Below, piece by piece: positions 61,931-64,000 of a stretch of 64,000 bases of DNA. The DNA is from an uncultured Lachnospiraceae bacterium. Lineage in GTDB: Bacteria; Bacillota; Clostridia; Lachnospirales; Lachnospiraceae. Position numbers and translations under genes: made by a program. The stretch is from assembly GCA_946403625.1 (NCBI GenBank), contig CAMJAP010000001.1, forward strand, positions 1,910 through 65,909, in the 5' to 3' direction. How positions within the stretch are numbered: the first letter of the stretch is position 1; each line of letters opens with the position of its first letter. The notes beneath the pieces were generated by a model, which saw only the letters and a program-made list of their open reading frames with translations, did no database searches and was not told where the DNA came from.

Positions 61931-64000
61931 TTACTGACTATCCTGCTGCTCGGAATGCGCGTGTTCCTCCGATTCGACCACCAGATCCTGCATTTCGCTC
62001 TTGATCTCTTCTGCCTTGGTCTCCGACAGTTCCGCTTCACGGATCGGTAACTCTTTCTCTTCGGAACTGCTTTCCGCTTCTTTCTCATCCTGTGCGGTTA
62101 CGGTTTCTTCGGATACTTTTTCCTTTTCGGATTCCTTTGCTTCCTCCGCATTCTTTTCTGCGTCGTTTTCCTTCTGCTCTTTTTCCGCTTCTACCTTTTC
62201 CATCTCTTCCTTCAGGCAGTTCTCATACTGGCTCTTGGGCAGCGGTTTGGAATAATAGTATCCCTGGATCATATCGCAGCCTTTTTCTGCCAGGAAATCT
62301 ACCTGCTCTCTGGCTTCCACGCCCTCGGCAACGGTACGCATATGCAATTTCTTCGCCAGCTGCAGCGCCTCGGAGATAACGATCTCACCACGGCCGTCGC
62401 CGCCGTCACCGCGGAAAAATTCCGCATCCAGTTTCAAAACATCCAGTGGCATATCCTTCAATGAATTCAGGGAAGAATATCCTGCGCCGAAATCGTCCAT
62501 CGATACCACAAAACCGAATTCTTTCAGTTTCTTGATCGTGGATACCAGTGCGGTCTTGTCATCAAAGAACGCACTCTCGGTCAACTCGATCTCGATCAGT
62601 TCGTGCGGTGCATTCTCGGCATCCACCAGATCCCGGATCTGCTGTGCCAGATTGCTCTCGGCAAAATGCGCTCTCGAAACATTGACCGAAATAGGTACAC
62701 AGGGATAACCCTTATCCACCCATTCCTTCTGATCCCTTGCCACACGGCGGATCATATAGGTATCGATCTCGGTGATAAAACCGTTCTTTTCAAAGATCGG
62801 GATAATGGTATCCGGTCCCTTAAATCCGTATACCGGCGACTCCCAGCGGATCAACGCTTCCGCACCGCACAGGCGGTCGGTCTTCGGATCAAACTTCGGC
62901 TGATAGAATACCACGAACTCCTCATCCTGCAAAGCCCTCTGCTGGTTCTCCTGTACGATATCGAGCCACTGCTGCTCTTTGATCATCTGCTCATCAAAGA
63001 AAGCGATCGCGGAATTGTCATTCTCAGCCAGTGTCTCTCTTGCGGTGCTGGCATTGTTGTACTCTTTTTCCAGATCCGCCATACGGCGCTTGAAGATCCA
63101 CCATTTCCGTACTTCATGCCATTCCTGGATAACGCTCACGCCGATATGGAAACTGAATTTGTGAATACCGTCTACGATCTCCAGGTCTTTTAACAGTCTC
63201 TCCAAAAAGCTGTGCAGCTGTTTTTCATCCGTAAACTTCATCAACACACCAAAGTTTGCCGATGAATTGTGCGCACACAGATCGTACTTTTCAATATATC
63301 TCACCAGCAGTTTATCCACCTTGGAAAGGATCTCCTCACCTTCCTTGATGGAATGGCACATACAGAAATTACGATATTTGATGAAGGACACATTGATCAT
63401 CGCATAATTGTTTCTCTGCGAAGATGCCTTTTGGAACAGCTGCTCACCCTTGATCTGGAACCACATCCAGTTCCGGCCGCCGGTCACATCATCCATAAAG
63501 AACAGGTTGGTCATCTTGCGCTGGCGAACGATGCTGCCGACAACGTGATAGATGAGCATAAAGGACATTCCCAGGATCATCACCGCGATGGATCCGGAGA
63601 TCGCCGCCAAAAAGATGAGATCCGCTGCATCCACGCTCAGATAAGCTTTTCCGTACAAGGCCGTATTGGTATAGCCGATCTCTTCTACCACCCAGAACGG
63701 AATGTCCAGTGTGGCACCCTTGTCGGCCAGGCGCTGCAAGCCGTTGCTGTCATTCACCCACTCAAAGAATGCCGGAACATCAAACGAAACCCCGTCGGCT
63801 CTGCGCAGCAACAGGCGGATATCTCTGTCCTCAAACAGATACACCTTCTCACCCAGCATATCCAGCTGCACCTGCCCGCCGTTTTTACTGCAGGTATTCT
63901 CGCCTTTTTGATCCAGAACATTCTGGTTCTTATCCGCAATGAAATACTCCCGTTCTTCCTGATCCAGGAATTCCGAAATATCTCCGAGAACCCCCTGCTT
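61931..64000 (-). CDS. sensor protein with degenerate GGDEF-like domain, EAL phosphodiesterase domain and acidic tail; 5' end beyond window
   Basis: EALIRWESP, DDFGAGYSSL and EGVE are EAL motifs. The GGDEF position reads SSANF. There is a TM at FLAAISGSIAVMILGMSFMLIY. The frame stays open from the GTG at 63871 to nt 64000. Confidence 0.85.
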   Translation of the reverse strand, partial: KQGVLGDISEFLDQEEREYFIADKNQNVLDQKGENTCSKNGGQVQLDMLGEKVYLFEDRDIRLLLRRADGVSFDVPAFFEWVNDSNGLQRLADKGATLDIPFWVVEEIGYTNTALYGKAYLSVDAADLIFLAAISGSIAVMILGMSFMLIYHVVGSIVRQRKMTNLFFMDDVTGGRNWMWFQIKGEQLFQKASSQRNNYAMINVSFIKYRNFCMCHSIKEGEEILSKVDKLLVRYIEKYDLCAHNSSANFGVLMKFTDEKQLHSFLERLLKDLEIVDGIHKFSFHIGVSVIQEWHEVRKWWIFKRRMADLEKEYNNASTARETLAENDNSAIAFFDEQMIKEQQWLDIVQENQQRALQDEEFVVFYQPKFDPKTDRLCGAEALIRWESPVYGFKGPDTIIPIFEKNGFITEIDTYMIRRVARDQKEWVDKGYPCVPISVNVSRAHFAESNLAQQIRDLVDAENAPHELIEIELTESAFFDDKTALVSTIKKLKEFGFVVSMDDFGAGYSSLNSLKDMPLDVLKLDAEFFRGDGGDGRGEIVISEALQLAKKLHMRTVAEGVEAREQVDFLAEKGCDMIQGYYYSKPLPKSQYENCLKEEMEKVEAEKEQKENDAEKNAEEAKESEKEKVSEETVTAQDEKEAESSSEEKELPIREAELSETKAEEIKSEMQDLVVESEEHAHSEQQDSQ

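Noticed and set aside
61927-62088. Poly-basic N-terminal extension of the radical-SAM ORF (MRKKRKAVPKRKSYRSVKRNCRRPRQKRSR...)
   Set aside because: It overlaps the acidic tail of the EAL gene in another frame. The ATG at 61926 sits 5 nt after the EAL stop, and the product there starts just before the first Cys motif.
1-64000. Mobile element, prophage or genomic-island boundaries (for example at tRNA-Pro)
   Set aside because: I recognised no integrase, transposase, recombinase, phage structural gene or flanking direct repeat. The Uma2-type nuclease gene stands alone, with no partner genes to suggest a defence or mobile module.

Overview
This 64-kb segment looks like the chromosome of a Gram-positive anaerobe. 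Gene content suggests Clostridia/Lachnospiraceae, but that is inference only and no database search was possible. I support about 50 protein genes and one tRNA-Pro(CGG). I found no rRNA, CRISPR array, transposase or integrase.

Two pilus gene sets dominate the window.

(1) A minus-strand type IV pilus/Com-like operon spans 19882->5095. It encodes four prepilin-signal proteins, a small membrane protein, PilC, a PilM/N fusion, a PilO-like protein and PilB. Its most striking gene is an uninterrupted 2,378-aa protein (11006..18142). That protein starts with a canonical prepilin leader (KRKG|FTLVE) and carries about 35 GLUG-like x-G-G-h-x-G repeats. I read it as a giant modular pilin, probably a pilus-displayed beta-solenoid adhesin. 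This is my top candidate for something undescribed.

(2) A tightly coupled minus-strand Tad/Flp operon spans 37843->27885. It encodes an A24 peptidase, a TadZ-like protein with a degenerate P-loop, CpaF, TadB and a TadC with a ~200-aa inserted domain. It continues with a 57-aa Flp pilin absent from the ORF track, a DUF5702-like protein and a TadE-like protein with duplicated YH-x4-C/CxxC modules. It ends with a second A24 peptidase, a TadE-like protein and an FHA membrane protein.

Two further stand-alone prepilin genes lie at 2483..2953 and 47767..48306. Four c-di-GMP-turnover-type genes surround the pilus loci: three HD/HD-GYP genes and one GGDEF-like/EAL gene. One HD-GYP carries an unrecognised duplicated C-terminal domain.

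The rest is housekeeping or accessory metabolism:
- housekeeping: rsmG, gpmI, nadD, trmB, hslO, thrH
- glycosidases: GH36 alpha-galactosidase, GH2 beta-mannosidase, a GH113/GH5-like TIM-barrel hydrolase
- other: PBP5-type carboxypeptidase, FapA/DUF342, patatin, AKR-FeS, radical SAM

Smaller observations include a family of C/G-tract hairpin repeats and a C11 homopolymer upstream of the alpha-galactosidase gene. Three small ORFs fall below the track cutoff, and several enzymes have low-complexity tails.

All family names come from motif recognition by eye and need HMM/BLAST confirmation.
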